From the NCBI GenBank assembly GCA_965113315.1, contig OZ220368.1: 64,000 nucleotides of DNA; one strand, 5' to 3'. Made by a program: the position numbers and the translations under genes. Below are positions 1 to 11,819 of this stretch, piece by piece. The notes below the pieces were generated by a model, which saw only the letters and a program-made list of their open reading frames with translations, was not told the DNA's origin and made no database searches. Every line of letters begins with the position of its first letter. Position 1 is the first letter of the stretch. Origin of the DNA: Podarcis vaucheri (taxonomy: Eukaryota).

Positions 1-958
1 TGCTTTGGCTTGAAGCTACCTCCACATTAGTATTCCTTTCCAGAACAGAGAACCACAATATTTGATTTATTTTAAGAATTTGTAATTAATGTGGCTCCAT
101 TCTGTCTACTCTTCCCAATTTCTTTCCCAGTTTTCTTTTAAGTGAGAAATGTTGGGTTTTTTATTTTAAAGAATTCAATTCGGTACTGAAGCATCAAAAA
201 TTGCCTCTGGCAACTGCTGGCAACTAAAGGCAAGAAAAATAAGAGATGAGAACAACATGAATTTGAAATGCTACAAATGGAAATGAAAATTAGCTTGGAA
301 ATGGTGGAAATTCATCATTTCACTTTTTCCGTCCCTAATGTATGCAGATGATGTTCTCCCCTCGAAATATTGCTTGTTAAACAGTGCTATTTGACATTTC
401 TTTCTTCTCCTCGATCTTATCTACAGTACTGAGCTCAAATATTTATCAAAGTATCGCTGATAAAAGACAGGGGTGATTTTCCCCTTCAACTGTACAGTTC
501 TAAAGTAAAAAATCTAACAGCATATCACCCCTATCCAGATATTTATTCTGAGATCAGGAACCTACATGAGCACCTTGAGATCAAGGGGCCAATGTAGCAC
601 CCACCAGATGATGGAATACATACACACACCCCAAATTATCCTTGATCACTGGTCATGTTGTCTGGGGATGAAGGAAGCTGTAGTCCAGCAAGATTCAGAG
701 GGCATCCAGTTGGCTACCCTTGTCCATATGCAGACCATCTTCTCCATTCCATTTAATGGAAGGAAGTAAACTGCATCCACTGAAATGTAAGGGAGCCTAT
801 TATGATGTAAAAGAATAAAAGGAAGTGTAGAAACCTGTGCTATGCACACATGGTTTTCATGCAGAGGTTCCTAACACTGAGTTCCTGGAATTTCCTGTTA
901 ATAGGTCACATAGCAGACGATGGGAAAGTCTTCTGGACTTGCTTGAATAGTCAATATC

Positions 959-1100
959 CCCAGACAGCTCAGTCAGCAGGAGACTCTTAATCCCAGGGTT
1001 GTGGGTTCAAGCCCTACGTTGGGCAAAAGATCCATGCGTTGCAGGGGGGGTGGACTAAATGGCCCTTCCAACTCTACAATTCTTTGATTCTAAGATTCTA
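959..1100 (+). mobile_element. tRNA-Lys-derived SINE with CR1-type 3' tail (lacertid P.s.1/POM-type), decayed
   Basis: Head agctcagtc..gagactcttaatcccagggttgtgggttcaagccctacgttgggc resembles tRNA-Lys(CTT) with A/B boxes. Tail ggactaaatg..cccttccaactctacaattct..gattcta is a CR1-like 3' end. Confidence 0.8.
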
Positions 1101-1149
1101 TCTTGGATAAGAGTCTAGAGACAGATTGCCTGATTTGAGCCCCATATGC

Positions 1150-1435
1150 ACTATATCTTTAAAAGCACTATGTGCCACTTTAAGCAGTCATGGCTTCCCC
1201 CAAATAATCCTGGGAATCCTGTAGTTTGTTAAGGGTGGGAGCTGTTAGGAGACCTCTGCACCCTTTAAAGAGCAAAAATTCCCAGAGTTCCCTGAGGAGA
1301 CACATTGATTGTCAAATCACTCTGGGAATAGGGGGTCTCCTTAGCAATTCTCGGCACACTTAACCAACTGCAATTCCGATGGGTGGGGTAGACAAGACCG
1401 CTTAAAGTGGCATGGTTTTGTTTTAAATGGATAGC
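1150..1435. mobile_element. Palindromic non-autonomous DNA element (MITE), decayed
   Basis: Long inverted arms: tgccactttaagc / gcttaaagtggca, ttaggagacc / ggtctccttag, ttcccagagt / actctgggaa. Confidence 0.75.
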
Positions 1436-3811
1436 CCAAATGATGCCTTGCAGTAGGGAAGCTTTCAATGTTCCCAATACTTCTGCAGTATTTCCCAGGA
1501 ATTTCTTATCACTAAAACAACCCCCGCTTCTTCTTTTTTAAAAAGGCATTGCAGTAATTACTCAGGGCACCTAGTGGTTACATGTAGACATCTAAGCTTC
1601 TCATTAGCTTTTAACTTCTTTACTTCGTAAAGGTGGCTGCATAGTACATCACCTCTCATTTGTAAACTGCAGTTCCACAGGAAAATAAAAATTTAATTCT
1701 CTACTAAAGGCATAAAGGCCAGCTGGAGCACACGTATATAACAATATTCTCTGACAAATCACAAATTACCAACTAATGAAACCGCAACTGAGAAGAGTGC
1801 GCTTTTGGTCAGAGCTGGCCTTCGACACTCTACCGACAACTCTGTAGGGAGGCAGGGGGAGGTCTTAAAAGTTGGTCAGGCAAACCAGGTTTTCAAAGGG
1901 CAATATCCCCAGAGAGAGATTGCAGGTCTACTCTGCGTGAAATCTAAATTGGAGTTCCTACACGACACTTCTTCTTTTTTCCAATTCAAGCCCATGAGCC
2001 GTGTCTTAGCACAGAGCCAACATTAAACTAAATAGATATAGAATGTTTTAAAGCTTTCGGAAAGATATTCATGGAAGTAAACAGTGGTCTTTATTGTTCA
2101 ACATGTGGGAGGGAAGAGGGAGCTGGGAACACAATCCTTGGCATTCGGTGCCTTTACCCTGTTTGCAGAGGTTGACACCTCAGCTACACAACTAGGCTCA
2201 CAGGAGCATTCACAGATATGAAACTCCTCAATTCCCTTCCAAAACATTATCAGGAGAGAAGGGCTGGGATGAAGGGTGACTATTACCATGCCAACAGAAG
2301 AGATCGTAATAAGATCCCACACATAAAAACAGTGGCTACATTCACTCGTTACATTAACAATGTGGTCCTAACCCTAAATTGGGTGATATCTGGTTTTCAA
2401 CATCATGACAATATCACCAGCTAAATATCATGATATACCGACGTGTTACAATGTCTGAAATAATGTCTGAATACAATGCTATGTAGAGGCATTGGCTGGC
2501 TTCACAGTTTTCCCCGCAGGATGATTTTTGCCAGAGCCAGCTCTTGTGATCCATTGCCCCGTGTTGTTTCTTTTAACACAACAACAAAATGTCTGTTGCA
2601 GCTTAGCTAGTTTGTTGCTAAGAACTCTTAGCTGATTTTCATGAATTAGAACTAAGATAAAGGAGATACACTGTATAATTCAATGGCATGCAATCTCCAT
2701 TCATTTCAATGGGGCTTATATGGAATGAATGGAGGTTGGGCAGCAGCTTTGCTTGATTATCTATCCTGACAACCTGCTACACAAGTGTTGCACTGCAACA
2801 GTGCCAGGGGGTTGTTGTGCTAGTGTTGTGAAAGGAAATACGCTAGCACAAATGACTAGGTCTGTGACACCAGTGAAAATGAACATGACAATTTTATTCG
2901 AAAAGAGGGGGTGGGGAAGACACTTGTTCTTTTCTTTCTAATTTAGGTGTAGCCTTAGGTACTGCATCTAACAGTAGGTAAATAAATTTTCAAACAGCAC
3001 TGAGATTTAAGTTGATGGTGACCCACTTTCAATTACACTTTACCCAGTTCTGACATGTACAGTGCTGATTTTCCACTAACGACTTGCCACACTGATGTCA
3101 GTAAGACCAGTAAGTGAGAAAGCAATAGCCCTGAATGCACTTTCTCTTCCATCGGATCATACATATTTAAAGCTGCTATGTCTTGTGTTTATGTAACTTG
3201 CAGTTTGCTGGTTTTCAAGGACAGCGTTTTGAGATGGCTCAACAAGAGGAATCCAAAAATAAACCACCTGCCACTCAAGGACAGTCACCCCGGAACTCCA
3301 CTTGCTAGACAACATATTCCATTGTCAGGAATCAATTAATCATTTACATTTTTTAAGAAGAGGCCACTTAGAATTTGCAGCAGGTGCTCAATAATAGTTA
3401 AAGCAAAGTTGGGAAGCTGTTTTAGTCGTGTTCTTAAACATAATTTCAAGGACATAATGACTTAAAATTAAATTTTAAAAGGTATTCATAAAGAGAGGGG
3501 GGGAAGGAATGGAAAAGCCACAGGAAAAATAGCTTCACCTAACCTAACAATACGCCATGAAAATGAAAAATATTATATGCACATCAAGTATAATCATACT
3601 GGTCAATCACATGTGGATACAGCCCAAAAGAATAAGCTCCAGAAGTTGACAAATATACCATCATATGCCAAAATAAGTTGTATCCCACTAGGGTAGGAGC
3701 ATCTTTTCTGCAATAAATTATCTTGTCCTTTTGGACAACATGGTTTACATGAGCAGACACATCTCATCACAACAGAAACTTAAGATTTTAACTTAAGAGA
3801 ATTTATCTTAC

Positions 3812-3884
3812 CTTCTGTACACTGGAGGAAGCTGACTATCAGAAGTAGCCAAAACCTTTTCATTCTGCAATCAGAAGCCACCAT
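3812..3884 (-). CDS. ADGRL2: Adhesion G protein-coupled receptor L2 (latrophilin-2), first coding segment (signal peptide); CDS continues beyond the left window edge
   Basis: The minus strand reads ATG GTG GCT TCT GAT TGC AGA ATG AAA AGG TTT TGG CTA CTT CTG ATA GTC AGC TTC CTC CAG TGT ACA GAA G|gtaaga = MVASDCRMKRFWLLLIVSFLQCTE(G). This closely resembles the mammalian latrophilin-2 N-terminus as I recall it ([25 protein letters not shown]). 73 coding nt end at a canonical phase-1 donor. Confidence 0.95.
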
Positions 3885-3992
3885 TATTGACCCCCCTTTC
3901 TCGACGTATTTCTTCTTTTTATTCCTTAAAGATTCCAGTTATAAATGTCCAGCGTCATTCAAGTGGGTGGTCTACATCATTGATCTTCATAA
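3812..3992 (-). other. ADGRL2: ADGRL2 first coding exon (181 nt: 108 nt 5'UTR + 73 nt CDS)
   Basis: Acceptor ttttgtttctttccccag| with AG at 3994-3993 and a long polypyrimidine tract. Donor GAAG|GTAAGA with GT at 3811-3810. Confidence 0.92.
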
Positions 3993-6339
3993 CTGGGGAA
4001 AGAAACAAAAATGGAAAAAAATAAATAAAAATCAACTCATGTTCGCGTCACTAAAACGTTTTCGAAACAATACGTAGAGATCAGACTATTGTTGATAAGA
4101 AAGCGGGCAAGGGATGCAGAAAGAACCAACAACTGGCTACAATCAAGTTAAAAAAATAAATAACATTGTTTTAATGATCATCTTCCAACTGAGGCAGGAA
4201 CTGTTAATGATGCTGGCACGGTCCTGTGAGAAGTGGTGAAGTCAGGGAAGTGGATTTCCATGAAGTCTCAAGTTAAAACATTGCGAGGTGAGGGAAAAAG
4301 AAAACCCCCAAACACTCATACAAGGAAGTCGGGCAGCTGCCAAAAGAAACTAAGCAGGAGGTCTCTCCTTCACAGTTTCCCTGCCTTCCACTTGCATCAC
4401 TAGTGCCACCCTTTGTATTATGTATGGCTCTGCGCCCCCTCAGACAAAAAGCAGAAGCGGCAGAAACGATACAATCAAAATATCCATTTTTGCTGAAGCA
4501 GCTCCTGCCCCCCTATGACCAGCAGCAGTGCCAAATCCAAAATATGTCTTCTGCAGAGACATGGTTTCTGGGAGCCAAAAACAATCCATCAAAGTCTTGA
4601 TGGAAACCGTTTGCCATTGGCAGCATTAAGGCAAGCTGCTGCTTTTAAGCCTCGGGGCTTAATAGCAGTCAGGCCATGCCAGCATATTACTGGCAGGTAA
4701 GCCTGAAAAGAGCATCCCTGAGAATGTGCAGAATATCCCCTTCTCTATAGCCAATTAATTGTAAAACAAACAGATTAACATTTGGGATTAGAGTGAAGGA
4801 CTTTTATGCCGGTTTGAGCCTCAGACCTTAGAAATTAACCAAGGAACCACTGGACAAAATGAGATTCTTCTTTCCTACAACAGGAGTGCACTGCACACAC
4901 ATTAGTGCAGAAGGTTTTTGTCCAAGAGAGCCATGCTGGAAAAGGGTGAAACTGATGTGCTTCCATTTGTTTTCCCTTCACTGAGAAGCAAACAGCTTTC
5001 TACAGCACAGAGGGAGGCAGAGCACTAGACATCTTTCGGAACTTTAATCTCCCTTTCAAAACATCTACTGCTAAGCCTACAAAAGCAACCTCCCAAATGC
5101 AAACAACTAAGTCTGCAAAGTAGTCCGCAGACAAAACAGCTCTGGTGGCCCTTGTTTTCCTCGCTGCCATGCCAAAGAACAGCAGAGTCAAGCCAACAAT
5201 GTGAGCTCCAGAGTTTCTCTTTAAAAAAGAAAAAAAGTACCCTGCAAGCAACTAGAGGAGGGAAATAAAAATAATTCTTCTGCCAAACCCACCATGCTGC
5301 TGGTGCTGCTGGAGTCCCCAAGTCAGCCACATGCAACAGTTCTATCATTAGAAATTAAGACTACTATACTTCCAGTGACTGTGGTTCCCTGGACTTAAGG
5401 CAATGATAGCCTTGCAGCCATGAACCGACATGGCCCCTTTGGCAATTGCTAACTCTTGTTTCAAGATTTTCAAAGGAAAGGGGAGAAAGCCATAAAGACA
5501 GAATATCTGGGCAGGTGCATATAAAGGACAATAAAGCTCTCCCCCCCTTTTTGGACTATCCCAGTGCAAGGGACCTATGGACTATTCCTAGTGGGGGGGG
5601 GAACCTATTTATCAAAAAAGAAGAAGAAAGTAAAAGAAATGCACAACCCATTCCATTCCTAACCACGTTATTCAGAAGTACATGTCACTGTGATTTAATT
5701 CGCCGTAAGTATGCTTAGGATTGCGGTCACCAGCTGCTTAATAGCAATCTTTCCATTGTCAATCATAACATCTCCTGCACTTAACCCATCCTTCACTTTA
5801 TTGGTGGGAAACGGTTGTGTTTCTCTTACACTTTTAATGCCTGATGGTTGCATGTGTGCAAGCTAGGCACACAGAATCTACGATTCTGATTTTTATTTTT
5901 ATTTTAGTATTGAAGCATAATAATTATTCTTCATGCATCAATAAATTTGGGGTTTAAAAGGGGGGGAATGAGAGGGCTGATCATGCGTGTGCAACTCTAT
6001 CATTTTGAACAAGGCTGTAATAAAGGAGGAGACAAAGAGTCTCCTCTCTCAAATCCCGGCCAGCGGATGCTCGACTCTTGATCTAGAACCCCCTACAAGT
6101 TAAATCTACAAGTTATGAATTCTCACCATCAACCTACCCTGTCCAGCCCTGAAAAGGACCACCACAGGTGGGTCAGGTTCCTTGCTATCACTGGAAGAGA
6201 GGGTTGCTTCTAGAGAAAGCTGAGGCTAGACCAGAAGCCAGTCATGTCACCTGTTCAGTCCAAGGAGACGTAGTAGATCAAACCCAGATTTTTATAGTAA
6301 CAGGCACAAAAAAAATCAGGGTTCTGGTCTGGCAGCAGA

Positions 6340-6512
6340 GGGGAAGGGCTGTAGGCTCAGGGGCACAGTATCTGCATTGTAGATTCAGCCGCTGGCCTCT
6401 CCGGGTAGGGCGGATACAGAACCCTCTCCAAAATCCTGGAGAGCCACTACACTGTCATTGCAGACAATACTAATGGCCTGGTGGCTTATAGAAAGCAGCT
6501 TTCAATGTTCCT
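6340..6512 (+). mobile_element. Squam3-like tRNA-derived SINE, decayed
   Basis: gggaagggctgtaggctcag head, cctggagagccact..gtc..agacaatact body and gcagcttt..atgttcct tail. Same family as 40606-40805. Confidence 0.7.
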
Positions 6513-6520
6513 GTGACTAC

Positions 6521-6577
6521 ACTGCAGGGGGTTGGACTAGATGACCCTCGGAATCCCTTCCAATTCTATGATTCCAT
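6521..6577 (+). mobile_element. CR1-type 3' tail fragment (5'-truncated SINE or CR1)
   Basis: tgcagggggttggactagatgaccctc..cccttccaattctatgattcc matches the tail at 1040-1100. Confidence 0.75.
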
Positions 6578-9309
6578 ACTGACCCTCTGCTCATCACACA
6601 GACAATTGCTATGCTGGACTTGGGAGTTCTTCCTTCCCTGTAACATGCAAATGCCGCCAACAAGTTCTGAACCAGCACAAGGCCAAAGCGATTCATATCA
6701 TGACACAAAGGATGTTTCAGTGCAGGGCAGCCACTAAGGCATTTTCAGTGGCAAAGGGGAAGAAGTTCAGTGCAGACAAACAAAGCATAGTTCTCTCCCT
6801 GGCAGAAGCCCAAGCACCTAGAAGGAAAAAATAGATCCGTCACCAGTTAATCTAGTGGCGGCACATCAGCTGCAGCAGGAGTTTCCTGAAGCTGACACAA
6901 AGGAATAGTCATGTTACATCGCAGAGTCTTTCACCCAGAGCGGGGAGAGCTTTCTATGCTGAAAAATCTATAGAGGCTGCAAAGAAATGGTCTGCCATGT
7001 ATAGCTGAAAGAATACTTTCCCCTCCTTTTGGTGAGATGGGGGGTGGGGGAGAGGAAAGGAGAGTTTATTCCCCAGTTAGGTAAACCAGTCAAGCCATTC
7101 AGCTAAGAATGGTGGACTGACCTGGGCTCAGGCACAGGTGCACAAACACAGAAGGACAGAAAAGTCAGATTAACTCTTTATCTGTCGCAACCCAGAAGAG
7201 TAATTGCCGAAAACATTTCACACACTTCGCAGAGAGTACAGTGCGAATTGACCTAGCCATTAGAATAATTTGAGCGCATGGCTGAGGCACATTAATGACT
7301 GCAAGGGAAATTAAGCCAGTCTTTTGATTACTCCCAAACCATTCAGAGGATTTTTAGATTTGCTGAGATTTGATTTTAATGGGTTTTTTCGATTTCCTGA
7401 ACATAATGCTTAGACGGACTACTTAGCTGCACACATCAATATGAAGGAGGGGCAGAGGAATAGAGGTCCTTCGTGTTGTACAGTGACAGGCCTGTGTGCT
7501 CTGTCAAATGTCACCTCGCTGGGTTGTGGTTTGTAGGAAGGCAGAATGGAAGGAAAGACTTGGAACACAAGAGGGGTTTCAATACCACTTTACTTGGGAG
7601 AGGTGAGGGCAACAGCTGACGAGACAGAGAAAACAACAGGCTTCTCCCTGACCATAGATTCCATTTAGGTGTTTGGCATGACTTGAAAGTAGCTTGAGGA
7701 TGTGTCTGGGACAATACAGAAGTAGGTACAGCAGCAAGAGCTGTCGGCTGACGGACAGAGCAAGCCAATATGTCTGTGTCAAAGAAAGTATTCAGAATGT
7801 GGAAGCTGGAAGCAAAGTATATCTTGATTCCTGCCTATTGTACAGAAAGGCAAACCTGTAAGTCAGCAGTTGGGGCTTTATTGGATTATGCGTCACTTGT
7901 GTTAGCACCAAATAAATTAGTATACAAGCATCTGTATCAAAATCAAAAGCTTTTGGGTAAAATTAGTAGTGTAGATCTTTGTATTATTTATTTGATTACT
8001 TGAATCTATCTACACACACACACTACTCTCAACAGCAAATATTAATGTACACCTTGGTTCCTGGTCTTCCCCCAAATAATCATCTAGTACATCACAAACA
8101 ACACTTCGCCCCCTTCTTAAGCAATAGTATAAACAAACAAAATAATGCATCTTCAGCACCGTAGCGCAAAACTACTTGACATGTGATAGTGGTGAGGATG
8201 AGGTACCAACCTGGAGCCAGAGCACACTTGTATTTGAAGATGCTGCTGACAGCCCTGTCTTTCAGACCCAATAATTGCTGTAGATAAGGAGGCAGAGTAA
8301 CTCAACAACAACAACACAACCCAAAACAGACAAACACCAGCAGGAAAAGGCATATTAGGTTACCTCTTAGCAAACAGCAAATGTAGTTCATAGTAAGTGG
8401 CTTTTCTGTGCAAATAGCTCACTTCCCTTCAGACCTTTTCTTCATGTGTTTTTTTTTTAATAAAATAAAAATAAAAACCACTAGTCCATCATGATAATGG
8501 GGAAGGGAGACAGTCTCTAGAGTCAAAAGGCAGATTGGATTTCAGAGTGCAACCAAAGCTGCCTGGAAAACTCCCCTGGAAACTTAAATCCTTCTCTCTG
8601 GGAAATAGCATGGTCTCCTTCAGAAACATCCTGCCTTGGACAGCAAAAATGGTGTTTAAGGAGCTTTTTTGTGCATGAATTACTTAAAGACAAAAAGATT
8701 AGTTAGGTACAGGAGCAACCAACTTTCAGTCTTTTGTAGACAATAGGTAGCCCAAGAGAAGCTAATTCTTTGACCTTCAGTGCCCTGATTTACAACACTT
8801 TAAAGGTTTTCTGTTTACTAGGGAAGGAAAAAAAGCCACCCGTTACACATTATGTCTAGGAAATTTGGAAAGACAATTAAAACCTAATCTCAGCAAAGCA
8901 AGATGGCACCCACCAAACACATCTCAAAATCTTGATGATGCCATTTACGTATCTCTGTTGCATCCTTGACAACATTGGCCATATATCAATGTGTACTGGA
9001 AAGAAGAAACTAGAATTAGGGAGTACAGGAGGAGATGTCCACACACTCTTTCACCGGGTTGGAATTACTATCTTTGCTGTTCTCTGTAGGTCAGACAATG
9101 GAACACAACTAGGTCAAGACATCATCCTTCCTAATCTTTTCACAAAGGAAGGCCAAGAAGTGGTAAAGTGACACAGTTGTCATCTTTTCTTCAAAGTTCT
9201 GAAAGATACCCCTTCTTTCCCTTTTTAATCACTGACAAACACAACCAACCATAATTTAATTTATAATGATTAGTATCAAAGACAATCCAACTGAATCAAT
9301 AGGGAAACC

Positions 9310-9658
9310 TGACTTTACATCATAAGCATATTCTGTGTCCATCCAGCACAGTACCATAAATCTTTCACTACCATGCACAAACCGGTTGTAGCCGCTATGC
9401 TCTTCCCCAGTAGCCATGGGAAGAAATAAACCATGAATCCTGGGATCCATGCTTGTTTCACTCCCAACACAGTACAATCCATAGCCAAGATTGGGTTACT
9501 CACTGTGATTTGTTGGGAGAAAACAAATCAAAATCCTTGGTTCCATCCATTGATCATGGTTTATTTCCTCTGTACACTAGCAGAGTGAAAAGTAACCCAG
9601 AAAGATGCATTCATGGAAAACCATTAACTATGGTTTGCTGTGATGTGTAAACACAGCC
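9310..9658. mobile_element. Decayed palindromic MITE (possibly PIF/Harbinger-like)
   Basis: Inverted arms aaataaaccatga / tcatggtttattt and ttgtttcactcccaaca / tgttgggagaaaacaa. Right end atgtgtaaacacagcc. Confidence 0.55.
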
Positions 9659-10984
9659 ACTGATAAGATCACCATCCTTCACATTAGTTAATCTGAACAA
9701 CTACCATTTACTGATTCTATACTCAAATGGCTATGCAATCATCAATAAGAATGTATTATGAAAAGTTGGGTAAGATTTAACATATTCACTATGCTTCATC
9801 CACCCTTGTTTCTGAATATGGTCAAAACACAGGGGTTAATCTATAGGTTCATACAAAGCACATAGTAAGGCACTCTTAAATTGCACATGACGACATTCCC
9901 TGCATCAGAAAATATCTGCTGTGGAAATTTAGTGTCAGGAAAAGGGTCTGACTAAAAACTCTCCCTGATATGCCAGCCAGCTTTTCACATGCAGGGAGTT
10001 CTTGATATTGGAAAGAACATATGTACTCTTCCACTTACATTTTGAAGTGGTACAGTCTGACATGACATGTATCGCATCCAAGTAGTCTGAAGCATTGAGA
10101 CTCTTTTAGATGGTAAATAATCAGTATGTAACTTTCTTCTTCCATAAGGACAAAATAAATGGCCAAAGCAGCTACAAAGAGACTGTTGTTCCATTAAAAA
10201 CACTGCAGTGTTCAAGACCACCCTAGATGAAGGAGGGTGTCTTATCTCTAGGTCTGTACTCCACAGTTTCCATTAATTAACGCCTTGAATTTCGGATTTC
10301 TAACACAAAACATTACCATCTGAGTCAAACAGAAGGAATGCAGTATCAGGAGAGGGAATAGCACAGCGAGTAGGAGACCTGACCAAGGTGACCCAGTGTT
10401 ACACTAAGAAAGTCATTTTTATACACTCAGCTGCTGCATGCTCTGAAGTGATACATCAATGCTTTAGCGAAGCCTGAAACAGTATGGGATAAATATACAT
10501 GTACCCTGAATCTAAGTCAAACAAGAGATCACAAAGCTCAAGTCCCACCGGACTGGATCCTGTGTTAATCACTACAACGGAGTTTACTCACAAAGGAGAA
10601 TCTACCTGCGTGGCAAGCAAAACACTCTACAAAAACCATTTCAGCTTTGCAATTTATCCTTTCCATCCGCAGCGGCACAGTGGTCTACCTCAATCATTCG
10701 CCAGGAAAATAAATGGGATTTGGGGGGCGGTGAGCAGAAAGGGAGGGGAGGGAGGGAGATAGAAAAGGAAACTATTTTTATTGCCCATCATCATTCCAGT
10801 AGAGCTAAGCCTCCTTCATTTCCCACCAGTTATATGCTTTGTACATTTCTGCTTTTCAGACAGGCTAGTTCTACCCCTTCTTCTTAATGCAGGATGATGT
10901 TTCGATACTCTGGGGATTTATCATTCACTAAGCCAACAAAGTAAATGTTTGCTAGTGCTAATAAGAAAGGTAGATTTTTAAAAA

Positions 10985-11144
10985 NNNNNNNNNNNNNNNN
11001 NNNNNNNNNNNNNNNNNNNNNNNNNNNNNNNNNNNNNNNNNNNNNNNNNNNNNNNNNNNNNNNNNNNNNNNNNNNNNNNNNNNNNNNNNNNNNNNNNNNN
11101 NNNNNNNNNNNNNNNNNNNNNNNNNNNNNNNNNNNNNNNNNNNN
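10985..11144. other. Assembly gap (N run)
   Basis: Run of N. Confidence 0.99.
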
Positions 11145-11675
11145 CAGCTTGCCCTCTTGATGACTCCCCCTGTTCTGGGGGTGGGGTGGAGAGAGAGAGG
11201 GGGGGGAGTCTGCAAGTCAATTACAACTATTATCAGCTGTAATATCTTAGAGTCATGCTGAGCATGTTAAATATGCTGATCACTCTGTGGACACCAGAGG
11301 CACAATCTGAAGCTGTTTACCATTCCTTTCATTAAACACTCTTGGCCCGTGCAAAAACTGCAAAACAAATAGGTCTCATTTTCAATCTTTACGTAGGCTA
11401 GATTTTTATGAACATCAAAAAACAAAACAAACAAACAAGAAAATAATGAAGAGCTATAAAGTATGCATGTGCCAAAGACAGACCATGCTGCATTTTGAAA
11501 GACAAGAAGCAGAAGGTGTGGAGAGTACAATAGCTTCTGCAACTTCTCGTAGAACAGAAAATCTACCGGTCTATACTGGTCCATGGAAAGTGGTCCCAAT
11601 GAAACAAGAGTCACATCGGCTTCCACAAAATCGACCAGTTTCAATGCCTTTCCACCGGGGATAAGACCCACCCTG

Positions 11676-11819
11676 CAGGATGAGAACAGAAATCATGCTC
11701 CAGTGGTGTGGCGGCAGCGGGAGGCCCCATTAGCTAAAGTGGTGCTTCAGGTTAAGAACAGTTTCAGGTTAAGAACGGACCTCTGGAATGAATTAAGTTC
11801 TTAACCAGAGGTACCACTG
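11676..11819. mobile_element. Truncated Tc1/mariner (Tigger/pogo-like) MITE, right half only
   Basis: Very similar to the right half of 21522-21747. Ends in the TIR gaggtaccactg followed by TA. Confidence 0.85.

Noticed and set aside
959-1025. tRNA-Lys-like sequence (also tRNA-Ile-like at 13593-13676)
   Set aside because: The arms are degenerate and SINE body or tail sequence is attached, so these are SINE heads rather than functional tRNA genes.
8152-8168. REST/RE1-like TTCAGCACC (also at 61954)
   Set aside because: Only the left half-site is present; the GGACAG half is missing.
8153-8353. Minus-strand ORF with a signal-peptide-like start (MPFPAGVCLFWVVLLLLSYSAS), considered as an alternative ADGRL2 signal exon
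   Set aside because: Its hydrophobicity comes from a (GTT)-rich simple tract, and I found no good phase-1 donor to join the downstream exon.
10945-11220. ORFs spanning N runs (also 49154-49629)
   Set aside because: Artefacts of assembly gaps.
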